Part shown: in pieces, positions 18,865-28,418 of the stretch
Layout of the letters: the number at the start of each line of letters is the position of its first letter
Position numbering within the stretch: position 1 is the first letter of the stretch
Assembly: GCA_965247295.1 (NCBI GenBank)
Contig: CBDFGQ010000007.1
Location: 560,317-624,316 of the forward strand
DNA: 64,000 nt
Reading direction: 5' to 3'
Origin: Dehalococcoidia bacterium
GTDB taxonomy: Bacteria > Chloroflexota > Dehalococcoidia > Lucifugimonadales > JAGWBF01
Translations under genes and position numbers: made by a program
The notes under the pieces: generated by a model
Told to the model about the DNA's origin: nothing
The model's input: the letters and a program-made list of their open reading frames with translations, nothing else
The model's database searches: none

Positions 18865-20387
18865 CCACCGAAGATGTGCGCCTGCTGTCTCCCGAGATTG
18901 CCCTGGTAGGGGTGGCGCTGCTGGTCATTGTGTTGGACCTGGTGATGAAGCGAAAGGGCGTACTTCCCCTGGCCTCGGCGCTGGGTCTCCTCATTCCCCT
19001 GGGCCTGAGCATATGGCTTTGGATCGACCTGAACGACGAGCCTGGGAAGCAGTTCGTTGGAATTTTCAGTACCCTCACGGTGGACCACTTCGCCCTGTTT
19101 TTCAAGTTCCTGGTTCTGGGGGTGGTGGCCCTCATCGTGCTGGCTTCCGTGGACTACGTCAGGCACCTGGAGCGGTACCAGGGCGAATACTATAGCCTTA
19201 TCCTGTTCTCGGCCACTGGCATGATGTTGCTGGCGGCGTGCGGCGAGCTCATATCCATATACGTCTCCCTGGAGCTGACCACGCTGCCCCTGGCCGCCCT
19301 GGCCGCCTTCTTGATGAACGCCCGCTCTAGCGAGGCGGGGATGAAGTTCCTCATCCTCAGCGCCATAAGCTCGGCGTTGCTGCTCTACGGGATGGCCCTC
19401 GTCTTCGGATTCACCGGCAGTACGTATCTGCCCGATATAGCGGCGGCCGCGGGGGATCTGGCCCAGCCGGATGTGGCATTTGGAGACAATGTCGCCTTTC
19501 TGCTGGGCATCGTGTTGATAGTAGCCGGTTTCGGATTCAAGATTTCCTCGGTGCCATTCCAGATGTGGGTGCCAGACGTGTACGAAGGGGCTCCGACTCC
19601 CGTCACCGCGTACCTATCCGTTGCCAGCAAAGCGGCGGGTTTCGCCGTCCTCCTGCGCGTATTTTACACGGGCTTCAATGCCTTCGAACTGGACTGGGGG
19701 ATCCTCTTTGCCGCCCTCGCTGCGGCCTCCATGACGGTAGGCAACCTGGTGGCAATGACCCAGAGCAACATAAAGCGCCTTCTAGGGTATAGCACCATAG
19801 CCCATGCGGGTTACTTGCTGGTTGGGTTGGCGGCCATCGCCGCTAGTTCCGAGGAGCTGACCGGCGGACCTACCATTGGCCCCACCAGTGTGCTGTTCTA
19901 CCTGGGAGCCTACACCGCCACCAACCTGGCCGCCTTTTTCGCGATCATCGCTATCTCCAATGTGCTGGGCAGTGACCAGATAAGCGACTTCGCGGGTATG
20001 AGCCGCCGCGCTCCTTTCCTGGCCTTTGCCCTGGCCCTTGCTCTGGTTGCGCTGATAGGGGTGCCTCCTACTGGAATATTCATAGCAAAGCTGTACGTAT
20101 TCAGCGCGGCGGTGAAAAGCGGCCTTCTCTGGCTTGCGATTGTGGGGGTAGTAAACAGCGTCGTCTCGGCCTACTACTACCTACGGGTGGTGAGGGTCAT
20201 GTATCTGGAGCCTGCCCCTTCCGAGGAAAGGGTGCCGTCCTCCCACGCTTTCCGTGTGGCCCTGGGCGTCTCGACCTTGGGGATACTGATAATGGGCACG
20301 GTGGGCGCGGGGCCCTTGCTGAGGCTGGCTGAGATCGCAGTGGAAACCCTGCCAAAGGCTGCGGCGCTGGCGGTACCGATGCCCTGA
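18861..20387 (+). CDS. nuoN: NADH-quinone oxidoreductase subunit N
   Basis: FKISSVPFQMWVPDVYEGAPTPVTAYLSVASKAAGF. ATGA overlap with nuoM. Confidence 0.9.
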   Translation: MTTEDVRLLSPEIALVGVALLVIVLDLVMKRKGVLPLASALGLLIPLGLSIWLWIDLNDEPGKQFVGIFSTLTVDHFALFFKFLVLGVVALIVLASVDYVRHLERYQGEYYSLILFSATGMMLLAACGELISIYVSLELTTLPLAALAAFLMNARSSEAGMKFLILSAISSALLLYGMALVFGFTGSTYLPDIAAAAGDLAQPDVAFGDNVAFLLGIVLIVAGFGFKISSVPFQMWVPDVYEGAPTPVTAYLSVASKAAGFAVLLRVFYTGFNAFELDWGILFAALAAASMTVGNLVAMTQSNIKRLLGYSTIAHAGYLLVGLAAIAASSEELTGGPTIGPTSVLFYLGAYTATNLAAFFAIIAISNVLGSDQISDFAGMSRRAPFLAFALALALVALIGVPPTGIFIAKLYVFSAAVKSGLLWLAIVGVVNSVVSAYYYLRVVRVMYLEPAPSEERVPSSHAFRVALGVSTLGILIMGTVGAGPLLRLAEIAVETLPKAAALAVPMP

Positions 20388-20463
20388 GGACACCCTTGGT
20401 CCGTGGCCCTGCTGGTATCCCGGCGTTGCCCCGTTCCCGCTTTCCATGGGGCTATTGCGTTTG

Positions 20464-20492
20464 TTGACACTAAAGTTGGCCGATGCTAGACT
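20464..20492 (+). promoter_or_regulatory. candidate sigma-70-type promoter upstream of nadK
   Basis: TTGACA, a 17-nt spacer, then TAGACT, about 50 nt upstream of the nadK start. Pattern only. Confidence 0.4.
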
Positions 20493-20542
20493 TCCCCTGG
20501 CGCATGTCATAGTGTAGCTATGGCCCCCTCTTTTTACGGAAA

Positions 20543-21487
20543 ATGGAGGTCGTGGCGTATCGGCGTGAAAGGCCTCGGGAGGCTTCAATATTGAAGTTCG
20601 GCGGGTCCATAGGAATCGTGTACAAGGACCGTGACCCTGAGGCATGGGCCATGACATCTGCGCTGATAGAGCGCCTTAATTTGGAGAAGAGGGGCTGGGT
20701 GTGCTCAGCGTCCGATGTGAACCCGGACATCCCGGAGGCCAGGGATACGGACCTGCTCATCACCGTAGGGGGCGATGGTACTATCATACGGGCCACCAGG
20801 CTGGCGGTCCCGTATGGGATTCCCATCCTGGGTGTCAATATGGGGCGGCTGGGTTTTATGACCGAACTTGAGGCCCACGAAGCCCTGGACAAGGTGCCCC
20901 AGTACTTGGAAGGTACCGGCTGGATAGAGGAGCGCTCCATGCTCCAGGCAACCATTCTTCCAGATAGGGTCGGGGACCAACAGGAGGGGAGGCCTGGGCC
21001 AGATGGACCTACGTACCATGCCATCAACGACGTAGTGGTGGCCAGGGGGGCGGTGGCCAGGGTGGTGAAGATAGGCGCCTATATAGATGGTACCCATCTC
21101 ACTGACTTCCGGGCGGACGCGGTGATAGTGGCCACTTCCACTGGAAGCACGGGGTACAATCTGGCTGTTGGGGGCCCAATCCTGCCACCTGAGGCAGAGG
21201 AGATTGTGCTTAAGGCCGTAGCGCCTCACGTCGGCATGGCCCCTGCGCTGGTTCTTCCGTCTTCCACCCAGGTCGAGCTTTACGTGGAGACAGACCATCA
21301 GGCTGTCCTCAGCATGGATGGTCATGTTGATATGGACCTGAACCCAGGGGCGGCTATCAGGGTGCACAAGAGCCCCTTCAGGGCCAGATTTCTTCGGGCC
21401 AACCCGCCGTCGCATTTCTACGCGAGCCTCACCAGCCGCCTGGGGTTTGGAGGCGGTCAAAGTACCACCAGGGCTATTCAATACTAG
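20543..21487 (+). CDS. nadK: NAD+ kinase
   Basis: LLITVGGDGTIIRA, GVNMGRLGFMTE, NDVVV and ATSTGSTGYNLAVGGPIL. The exact start is uncertain. Confidence 0.85.
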   Translation: MEVVAYRRERPREASILKFGGSIGIVYKDRDPEAWAMTSALIERLNLEKRGWVCSASDVNPDIPEARDTDLLITVGGDGTIIRATRLAVPYGIPILGVNMGRLGFMTELEAHEALDKVPQYLEGTGWIEERSMLQATILPDRVGDQQEGRPGPDGPTYHAINDVVVARGAVARVVKIGAYIDGTHLTDFRADAVIVATSTGSTGYNLAVGGPILPPEAEEIVLKAVAPHVGMAPALVLPSSTQVELYVETDHQAVLSMDGHVDMDLNPGAAIRVHKSPFRARFLRANPPSHFYASLTSRLGFGGGQSTTRAIQY

Positions 21488-21489
21488 GC

Positions 21490-22041
21490 GTGGCCATGGC
21501 AAGTCAGCAGATGGAACCCACGATAGAGAGCAGCGTTGCCTACCGGGGCAGGATAGTTAACGTGCGAGTAGACACGGTACGCCTTTCCCGTGGGACAGTT
21601 AGCACAAGAGAGATCGTGGAGCACAGCGAGTGCGTGTGTGTGGTGCCTCTGGACGACGATTACAATGTGGTCATGGTGCGGCAGTACAGGAAGCCCGCGG
21701 AGGAAGTCCTTCTGGAGGTACCCGCTGGAGGCGTCGAGCGTGGAGAAGCCAACCGGGCGGCTGTGCTCAGGGAGCTGCAGGAGGAGACGGGGTACACGGC
21801 CGACAATCTGCAACACCTGTCCAGTTTCTGGACCACGCCTGGGTTCTGCACCGAACTCATGCACGCCTACCTGGCTACCGACCTGAGGCCGGGCCATCTT
21901 TCCCAGGACCCAGACGAGGACATCGAGGTGGTCAAGGTGCCACTGGACAAGATGCGCCAAATGATCCGCAATGGCGAGATCAAGGACGCCAAGAGCATAG
22001 CGTCCCTGCTCATGGCCCTGGATGTCTTTAGCCAAGCCTGA
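21490..22041 (+). CDS. Nudix hydrolase (ADP-ribose pyrophosphatase-like)
   Basis: Nudix box GGVERGEANRAAVLRELQEETGY. Starts 2 nt after the nadK stop. Confidence 0.8.
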   Translation: MAMASQQMEPTIESSVAYRGRIVNVRVDTVRLSRGTVSTREIVEHSECVCVVPLDDDYNVVMVRQYRKPAEEVLLEVPAGGVERGEANRAAVLRELQEETGYTADNLQHLSSFWTTPGFCTELMHAYLATDLRPGHLSQDPDEDIEVVKVPLDKMRQMIRNGEIKDAKSIASLLMALDVFSQA

Positions 22042-22145
22042 CGTAGACTGTTTTATGGTCACACGCGACTGGGTGCTGGCGTTGAGACTCGGCGCTTGGG
22101 CGGGTCGAATCCGGGATACCGGAATATTAAATTCAGGGGGCTTTT

Positions 22146-23825
22146 GTGCTGGAGCATGACGTGCTTGTGGTGGGCGGGGGTCTGGCGGGGATGCGAGCCG
22201 CCCTGGCAGCCCAGCAGAACGGGGCCGGCACCGGGCTTATCAGCAAGGTGTACCCCGTGCGCAGCCACTCCAACGCCGCCCAGGGTGGCATAAACGCCGC
22301 CCTGGTGGACAGGGGAGATAGCTGGGAGGAGCACGCATACGATACGGTGAAGGGAAGCGACTACCTGGGGGACCAGGATGCCATAGAGCTGATGTGCGGG
22401 GTGGCCGGGGAGGAGCTCATTTCCCTGGAACATATGGGCGTGATTTTCAACCGCGACGAGGATGGGAGGCTGGGCACCAGGGCCTTCGGGGGGCAGGCAC
22501 GTGCTAGGACATTCTTCGTGGCCGACTTTACCGGCCAGGCCATGCTTCACGTCCTGCACGAGCAGCTCATGCGGTCGGGCATGACCAGCTACGACGAATG
22601 GTTCGTGACCACTCTAATCGTTGAGGATGGTGAGTGCTGCGGCGTGGTGGCCATGGAGATACGTACGGGTAGGCTGTACGTCATACGCGCCAAGACGGTA
22701 ATTCTCTGCACCGGTGGGCTGGGTCGGATCTACGAGCCCAGTACCAACGCGCTGATCGTTACAGGCGACGGCATGGCGCTGGCGTACAAGGCCGGCGCCT
22801 CCCTCATGGACATGGAAATGGTGCAGTACCATCCCACTACCCTAAAGGGCAGCGGCGTACTGATCACGGAGGGGGCCAGGGGCGAGGGGGCCTATCTCCT
22901 GAACGCCGACGGCCAGCGGTTTATGGAGAAGTACGCCCCAAATATGATGGAGCTGGCCTCCAGGGACGTTGTCTCCCGCGCCGAGGCGACGGAGATCGCC
23001 GAAGGCGGGGGGGTGGACGGTTCCGTGTTGCTGGACTGCCGCCACCTGGGGGAGAAGCTGATCAAGGAAAAGCTCTCCCAGATATACGACATCGGCCTGG
23101 ACCTGGTGGGGGTTGACATAAGCAAAGAACCCATACCCATACGACCCGGTATGCACTATCATATGGGTGGCATCAAGACCGACGTTGACGGCAGGACCAG
23201 CGTCCCGGGACTTTACGCGGCAGGAGAGTGTGCCTGCGTAAGCGTCCACGGGGGCAACCGTCTGGGGGCCAACTCCCTCCTTGACACCATTGTCTTCGGT
23301 CACAGGGCCGGAGAACACGCCGCCGAGGCTTGCAAGAACGCGCCATACCGGTCCTTGGACATAGAGTCGTGGGTGGAGAACGAGGAGGGCAGGATCAGGG
23401 ACATACTGGCGCGGGACGCCAATGGGGACAGGGTGGCGAAGATACGGTTGGAGATGGGCACGGCCATGGACCGGCATGTGGGAGTCTTCCGGAACGAGGA
23501 GGGTATGAAGGAGGCCTTGAGTACCGTACAGGCGCTGAAGGAGCGGTACGGCACGGTACCCGTGGAGGACAAGGGCCGAGTCTTCAATACGGACCTGGTC
23601 TTCGCCCTGGAGCTCGGATTCATGCTGGACTGTGCCGAGACCATCGTGGTCAGCGCCCTGGAGCGAAAGGAAAGCCGGGGTGCCCAGTACAGGCTGGACT
23701 ATGCTCGGCGTGACGATGACAACTGGCTCAAGCACATACTGGTCACCCACGGGGAGGATGGACCTAGCATTTCACATCTCCCAGTAGTTATCACCCGGTG
23801 GGAGCCCGAGCAGAGGCAATACTGA
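22146..23825 (+). CDS. sdhA: succinate dehydrogenase/fumarate reductase flavoprotein subunit
   Basis: [16 protein letters not shown] dinucleotide fold, [10 protein letters not shown] (FAD-linking His region) and HYHMGGI. Confidence 0.9.
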   Translation: MLEHDVLVVGGGLAGMRAALAAQQNGAGTGLISKVYPVRSHSNAAQGGINAALVDRGDSWEEHAYDTVKGSDYLGDQDAIELMCGVAGEELISLEHMGVIFNRDEDGRLGTRAFGGQARARTFFVADFTGQAMLHVLHEQLMRSGMTSYDEWFVTTLIVEDGECCGVVAMEIRTGRLYVIRAKTVILCTGGLGRIYEPSTNALIVTGDGMALAYKAGASLMDMEMVQYHPTTLKGSGVLITEGARGEGAYLLNADGQRFMEKYAPNMMELASRDVVSRAEATEIAEGGGVDGSVLLDCRHLGEKLIKEKLSQIYDIGLDLVGVDISKEPIPIRPGMHYHMGGIKTDVDGRTSVPGLYAAGECACVSVHGGNRLGANSLLDTIVFGHRAGEHAAEACKNAPYRSLDIESWVENEEGRIRDILARDANGDRVAKIRLEMGTAMDRHVGVFRNEEGMKEALSTVQALKERYGTVPVEDKGRVFNTDLVFALELGFMLDCAETIVVSALERKESRGAQYRLDYARRDDDNWLKHILVTHGEDGPSISHLPVVITRWEPEQRQY

Positions 23826-24778
23826 TGGATGTAACGCTCAAGGTGAAACGGTACGACCCCGAGGCCGAGGACCCCGCCCCCTACTGGGCCGAGTACCAGG
23901 TGGACGTGGACACTTTCACCACCGTCCTCGATACCCTCATCAAGGTCAGGGAGGAGGTGGACGGCAGCCTGGCCCTGCGGTGCTCATGCCGCAGCGCCAT
24001 ATGCGGCTCCTGCGCGATGCGCATCAACGGCCACGCTGCCCTGGCGTGCAAGATCAGAGTATCGGCCATTTCAACCGAGGGGGAGCAGGTAACCGTAGAG
24101 CCAATGGGCGTGATGCCCGTCATCAAGGATCTGGTGGTCGACATGACACCCTTCTGGGACAAGGTCGCGGACGTGGAGCCCTGGCTTCAGCCCCAGGGGC
24201 CCGAGCCCGAGGGTGAGTATATAGCCCCCAACGAGGATATGCTGCACCTTGCCGGGGTAATGGGCTGCATCATGTGCGGGGCGTGCGTCTCCGACTGCAC
24301 CGTGCTGGAGGTAGACCCCAACTTTCTTGGACCCGCCGCCCTGGCCAAGGCGTATCGCTTCGTGGCGGACCCGAGGGACTCCCAGGACAGGGACCGTCTC
24401 AAGAGCCTGAGCCAGTATACCGGGATCTGGGACTGCACCCGCTGCTTCGAGTGTGTTCAGGTATGCCCCAAAGGGGTGGCCCCCATGGACAGGATCATGG
24501 ACCTCAGAGAAAAGGCAATTGAAGCGGGCTACGACGACAAGCCTGGAGCCCGCCATGCCAAGGCCTTTGCCGAGCTCGTAGGCCACAGCGGGTGGCTGGA
24601 CGAGCTGAGACTTCCGTTAAAGACCGTGGGAATGCTTAACCTGCCGGCCTTGCTCAATCTCGCACCCGTGGGGCTGCGGGCCCTCGCCAGGGGCAAGATG
24701 CCCCCCGTCGTCCACAAGATGCTGCCAAACGTCGAGAACGTTAGGCGGTTATTCAGGCGGCTGGAGCCGGAGGACTAG
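23825..24778 (+). CDS. sdhB: succinate dehydrogenase/fumarate reductase iron-sulfur subunit with C-terminal extension
   Basis: CSCRSAICGSCAMRING (2Fe-2S), CIMCGACVSDC and CTRCFECVQVCP. The ATG at 23825 overlaps the sdhA TGA. About 80 extra C-terminal residues. Confidence 0.85.
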   Translation: MDVTLKVKRYDPEAEDPAPYWAEYQVDVDTFTTVLDTLIKVREEVDGSLALRCSCRSAICGSCAMRINGHAALACKIRVSAISTEGEQVTVEPMGVMPVIKDLVVDMTPFWDKVADVEPWLQPQGPEPEGEYIAPNEDMLHLAGVMGCIMCGACVSDCTVLEVDPNFLGPAALAKAYRFVADPRDSQDRDRLKSLSQYTGIWDCTRCFECVQVCPKGVAPMDRIMDLREKAIEAGYDDKPGARHAKAFAELVGHSGWLDELRLPLKTVGMLNLPALLNLAPVGLRALARGKMPPVVHKMLPNVENVRRLFRRLEPED

Positions 24779-24792
24779 CAGACAACATAATT

Positions 24793-24815
24793 CTCCCTCC
24801 CCTGGTGGGAGGGAG
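24793..24815. repeat. G/C-rich hairpin CTCCCTCCC-ctggt-GGGAGGGAG (REP-like/terminator-like)
   Basis: 9-bp perfect stem 15 nt after the sdhB stop, with no U-tract. Same CCCTC..CCC/GGG..GAGGG flavour as the 14897 and 17228 elements. Confidence 0.55.
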
Positions 24816-24851
24816 TTAGAGGTGGGGCAGTGACCCTCGTCTGCTCCGGAA

Positions 24852-24880
24852 TTGACATGAGTCTACGTAGCTGATAGTCT
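24852..24880 (+). promoter_or_regulatory. candidate internal promoter upstream of the membrane-protein/sdhE genes
   Basis: TTGACA, a 17-nt spacer, then TAGTCT. Pattern only. Confidence 0.35.
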
Positions 24881-24944
24881 CCAATCGGCAATTAAGCCCT
24901 TTGCTGTTCGAAGTGTCGAATGACCGGTCAGGGGAGCTGGACAA

Positions 24945-25376
24945 TTGGCAGAGGCAAGAACCAAAGGTCCTGATGAGAAGTATTGTAGCTCCTGCGGCCA
25001 AATTGTTAAAATGCTGGCCGAGATATGCCCTCTCTGTGGCGTGAGGCAGATGCCCGTTCCTTTCGACGGCTACGGTGGGCGCCTGCCCTCGGGATACGGT
25101 GCCACGAGTGATGCTGTCGTTCCGATGCTATTCAACGGTTTCCTGGGATTTGTCGGCTTTATGGGAATCGGTCACATGGTGGCGGGATCTGCAGGTAGAG
25201 GAACCGGGCTCCTGCTACTAGGATGGGTCATCACCGTGTTCGGACTCGCCAGCGCTTTCGCAGCCTTCGTAGTAGGAGTGGTGTTCTTAGTCATAGCGTA
25301 CATCGTGATATGGGTCTGGTCCATTGTTGATGTCCGTTCCGTGGTGGAGATGAACAGTTTGGGCTCCAGGCGGTAA
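24945..25376 (+). CDS. zinc-ribbon membrane protein (3 predicted TM segments)
   Basis: N-terminal YCSSCGQ..x11..CPLCG zinc ribbon, then hydrophobic stretches FNGFLGFVGFMGIGHMVAG, LLLLGWVITVFGLASAFAAFVVGVVFLVIAYIVIWVW. TTG start. Lies between sdhB and sdhE. Confidence 0.5.
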   Translation: MAEARTKGPDEKYCSSCGQIVKMLAEICPLCGVRQMPVPFDGYGGRLPSGYGATSDAVVPMLFNGFLGFVGFMGIGHMVAGSAGRGTGLLLLGWVITVFGLASAFAAFVVGVVFLVIAYIVIWVWSIVDVRSVVEMNSLGSRR

Positions 25377-25445
25377 CCTGTGTGGTGGTACCTTTCTGGT
25401 AATCTTTTGCCATAGTCGGAGATTTCCTGGTTGAGAGGCTGAATA

Positions 25446-26324
25446 ATGCCAAAATATGCTTTCTTCCCGGGTTGCGTTTCAAGGGGCGGATGCCCCGAGC
25501 TCTATCCCGCGGCCCTGCAGGTCTGCCAGAAGCTGGGGATCGAATTGGAGGAGCTTACGGGCGCCTCCTGCACCGGCGCCGGGGTCCTCCAGGAGAAGAA
25601 TCAGCTCCTCGGGGACGTGCTCAACGCACGCAGTTTCGCCATGGCGGAGCGGCTGGACCTGCCCATAATGACCATATGCAGCACCTGCCAGGGAGTGATG
25701 AGCCAGGCCGACGCACGCCTCAAGGCTGACCCGGAGTATCTGGCACAGGTGAACACCCATCTGGCTGAGGAGGGCCTTGAGTACCGGGGCACGGCTGTCA
25801 TCAAGCACCTGCTGTGGGTCATCATCGAAGACGTGGGCCTGGACGTGCTTGGTGAACATGTAACCACCCCCCTGACACACCTGCGGGTCGCACCCTTCTA
25901 CGGCTGCTATATCCTGCGCCCCAGGGACGCCCTGGGCTTCGACGAGAATCCCGATCGCCAGACATCCCTTGAGACGGTAATCACCGCCCTTGGAGGCCAG
26001 GTGGTGGACTTTCCAGGGAAGAGCCGCTGCTGCGGCTTCCCCATACTGACCATCAACGAGCGCAACTCGGTGGCGATGGTGGGAAAGCACACTTCCGAGG
26101 CAGCCGACCTGGGCGCCGACGCCATGGTTACCCCGTGCCCGCTGTGCCACCTGAACCTCGATGGCTACCAGCCCAAGGCAATGAGCCAGACCAAGCGCAG
26201 GATAGACCTGCCCATCCTCCACCTCCCCCAGCTCATCGGCCTGGCCATGGGGGTGTCGCCGAAGGACCTGGGCCTCCAGCGGCACATCATATCCCCCGAA
26301 AGGCTGCTTGAGAAGGTCGGCTAG
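25446..26324 (+). CDS. HdrB-like CCG-domain subunit of non-classical succinate dehydrogenase (SdhE/SdhC type-E)
   Basis: Two Cys-rich CCG-type domains (AFFPGCVSRGGCPE..MTICSTCQ and APFYGCY..SRCCGFP..TPCPLCH). Confidence 0.8.
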   Translation: MPKYAFFPGCVSRGGCPELYPAALQVCQKLGIELEELTGASCTGAGVLQEKNQLLGDVLNARSFAMAERLDLPIMTICSTCQGVMSQADARLKADPEYLAQVNTHLAEEGLEYRGTAVIKHLLWVIIEDVGLDVLGEHVTTPLTHLRVAPFYGCYILRPRDALGFDENPDRQTSLETVITALGGQVVDFPGKSRCCGFPILTINERNSVAMVGKHTSEAADLGADAMVTPCPLCHLNLDGYQPKAMSQTKRRIDLPILHLPQLIGLAMGVSPKDLGLQRHIISPERLLEKVG

Positions 26325-26343
26325 ACGCTAAGGCCCGGCTCTT

Positions 26344-27183
26344 TCACCCCAGCGGCAGGGGCGGCTGCCACCACTTGCTGGTGCCGTTAACCTCTATCGT
26401 GTCCACCCACTTAACCCAGTCGTAACCACGCTTTCCAGGCGCCACCAGACGCAGGGGGAAACCGTGCCCGTGGGACAGCACCTGGCCGCCCACCCTGGTG
26501 GCAAGTATGTACACTTCCGCCTCCTCCAGCGAGATGCGCCGGTAGTACCCCGTGACCGAACGCACTGTCACGCTGGCCGCCCCTTGCTTTATGCCGGCTT
26601 CCGCCAGTACATCCTTACGAGGCACGCCATCCCATCGCTGCGTAGAGTACCAGCCTCCGGTGCAGTCCAGGGTAGCCGTGATTTGCTCCCGGCGCTTCGC
26701 CAGTACCTCGTAAGGCAGTCGGATATCCCGCTCCACCATACCGGTCACACGGAGGCTCCATTTGTCTGCATCGATCGTCCGGGGACGGTCGTTGAGCCAG
26801 GAGGTGGTGGGGAAGGCGTTGCCGGAGAAGCTCCCCCTCTCGTAGGAACCCGTGAACCGCCGCTCGGCGCCCGGTAGCTCAAAAATACGGGCCCCGAACT
26901 CCCCGGTCCGCCACAGCAGCAGTCCGGCTATGGCAAGGCCGCCCAAACGCAGGAAGGACCGGCGATCGGCCCAGAACCGGGGCCGAAGGCTCCACCTGTG
27001 CCGAAAGGTATGCCACAGGATGGCGGGGGTTATGGCCACCGAGAGGTAGATGTGCCAGCTGAGGCCGCTGAAGCCCATGAAATAGAAGGGGCCCGTGTGG
27101 CTCCACGCCAGGCCCAGGGCCAGGGCGGCGAGCAATAGGCAAAGAACGAGTAACGAAACCGCGTAAGGAATGGGGGTCCGCAA
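26344..27183 (-). CDS. membrane-anchored molybdopterin-binding oxidoreductase (sulfite-oxidase/MsrP-like fold)
   Basis: C-terminal TATLDCTGGWYSTQRWDGV and SHGHGFPLRLVAPGKRGYDWVKWV (Oxidored_molyb-like). N-terminal about 90 aa hydrophobic with His residues. TTG start, and the N-terminus may be incomplete. Confidence 0.7.
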   Translation of the reverse strand: MRTPIPYAVSLLVLCLLLAALALGLAWSHTGPFYFMGFSGLSWHIYLSVAITPAILWHTFRHRWSLRPRFWADRRSFLRLGGLAIAGLLLWRTGEFGARIFELPGAERRFTGSYERGSFSGNAFPTTSWLNDRPRTIDADKWSLRVTGMVERDIRLPYEVLAKRREQITATLDCTGGWYSTQRWDGVPRKDVLAEAGIKQGAASVTVRSVTGYYRRISLEEAEVYILATRVGGQVLSHGHGFPLRLVAPGKRGYDWVKWVDTIEVNGTSKWWQPPLPLG

Positions 27184-27672
27184 CCATCGCCTGGCATTTA
27201 GTCATTGAGGAGAGGCCCACGTCGTCTCAGCGAGGACGGCGCCAACCAGGCGGCCCGGTTAGGGAAGATTCCACGCCGATGAGGCGCAGGGACCGATCTT
27301 CTTCCAGTGGGCGAGCTGGCGAATCCGAGGATTAGCGGTCACCCGTAGGACCTCCTGGAGGGACGACCATGTTGGACCCAGTCGGACCCGAGAGCCGTGG
27401 GTGAGCTCCCAGGAATCCAGTCCCAGATGCGCATCCGATACCACCTCACCCCGCTGCTGGCGGACAGTGAGCGCAGAAAGGACAGAAGGTACCCACGAAG
27501 TGACCGCCGTTGGCCCAGGGACCTTCTGGGTTACCTCAGGTAGGGATATGGTCCGCCGTCCAGCGGACGGCCCAGAAAGGCAGCTCCTGCTACGCGACAT
27601 GTCGCCAAGGGTAGAATAGGCTGCTGGATGAGCTCGCTCCTACGGTTCCGCGAGTCTTCGGGATAGATATCC

Positions 27673-28412
27673 CTACACGTCCCACCACCGGTGCGCTGCC
27701 CTAGGGGGTTCTCCAAACAGTTCGCAGGACGCTACAGCACTCTCAGAAAATCCAGGCAGCACGGTAGCGCCTTAAGGATGAGGGTGTCCTCCTCGGAAAG
27801 CTCCTGGACGTCTTCCATGGAGCGGTATACGGTCACGGACCGCGTCGAGGGGTGGACCACCCAAACGAGGCGCGTACCTAGGGTGTCCTCCTCAGCTCCT
27901 GCAGCACGGTAGCGCCTTGGAGGGGTCCTCCTCGGAAAGCTCCGGACGTCTTCCCGGTATACGGTCGTCGAGGGGTGGACCACCCAAACGAGGCGCGTAC
28001 CTGCCCGGAGCCAGTCCTCAACCTTCTCCCGGACCTCACCGGGCCGGTCTCCAGGAGACACCACCTCCACGGCCAGATCGGGAGCAAATTCCAGGAAACC
28101 AGTGGGAAGGTCTCCTGGGGGTAGCCTGTCCTCTGCAACGAAGGATGCGTCGGGGGCCCGCACGGTATCGGGGTCGAGTCTCAGTACGAAGCCGGTCTCG
28201 GCTGCAAAGACTCGGCCTAGCTGATTTGCCTTGACATATACTCTCAATCGAGACCCGATCTCCATGGCAATATCGCCGTGGCTGGCGCCTGCTGGCGGCA
28301 TTTCGTACAGCTCCCCCTTCACAAGCTCGTAGCGCCGGTCGCCCGCTGTGGACAGTCGAAGCAGCTCGTCGGCGGTCAGGAGAGCTTTACGTTTACGCTT
28401 TTGTAGTACCAC
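27673..28412 (-). pseudogene. Uma2-family (DUF820) endonuclease gene with duplicated, frame-shifted 3' end
   Basis: N-terminal 135 aa are typical Uma2 (YELVKGELYEMPPAGASHGDIA..APDLAVEVVSPGD). GTRLVWVVHPST occurs twice. The family-like C-terminus GATVLPGFSESAVASCELF is only readable in another frame and ends at 27673. Confidence 0.6.
27756..28002. repeat. imperfect tandem duplication (copy A 27756-27879, 21-nt partial linker, copy B 27901-28002)
   Basis: Both copies begin GCAGCACGGTAGCGCCTT and end CGTCGAGGGGTGGACCACCCAAACGAGGCGCGTACCT. Copy B has several internal deletions relative to A. Confidence 0.85.
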
Positions 28413-28418
28413 CCTTGC

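Noticed and set aside
27259-27600. 113-aa minus-strand ORF as a real gene
   Set aside because: There is no recognisable motif or convincing SD, the N-terminus is low-complexity, and the ORF lies in a region adjoining a decayed gene. It was left unannotated.
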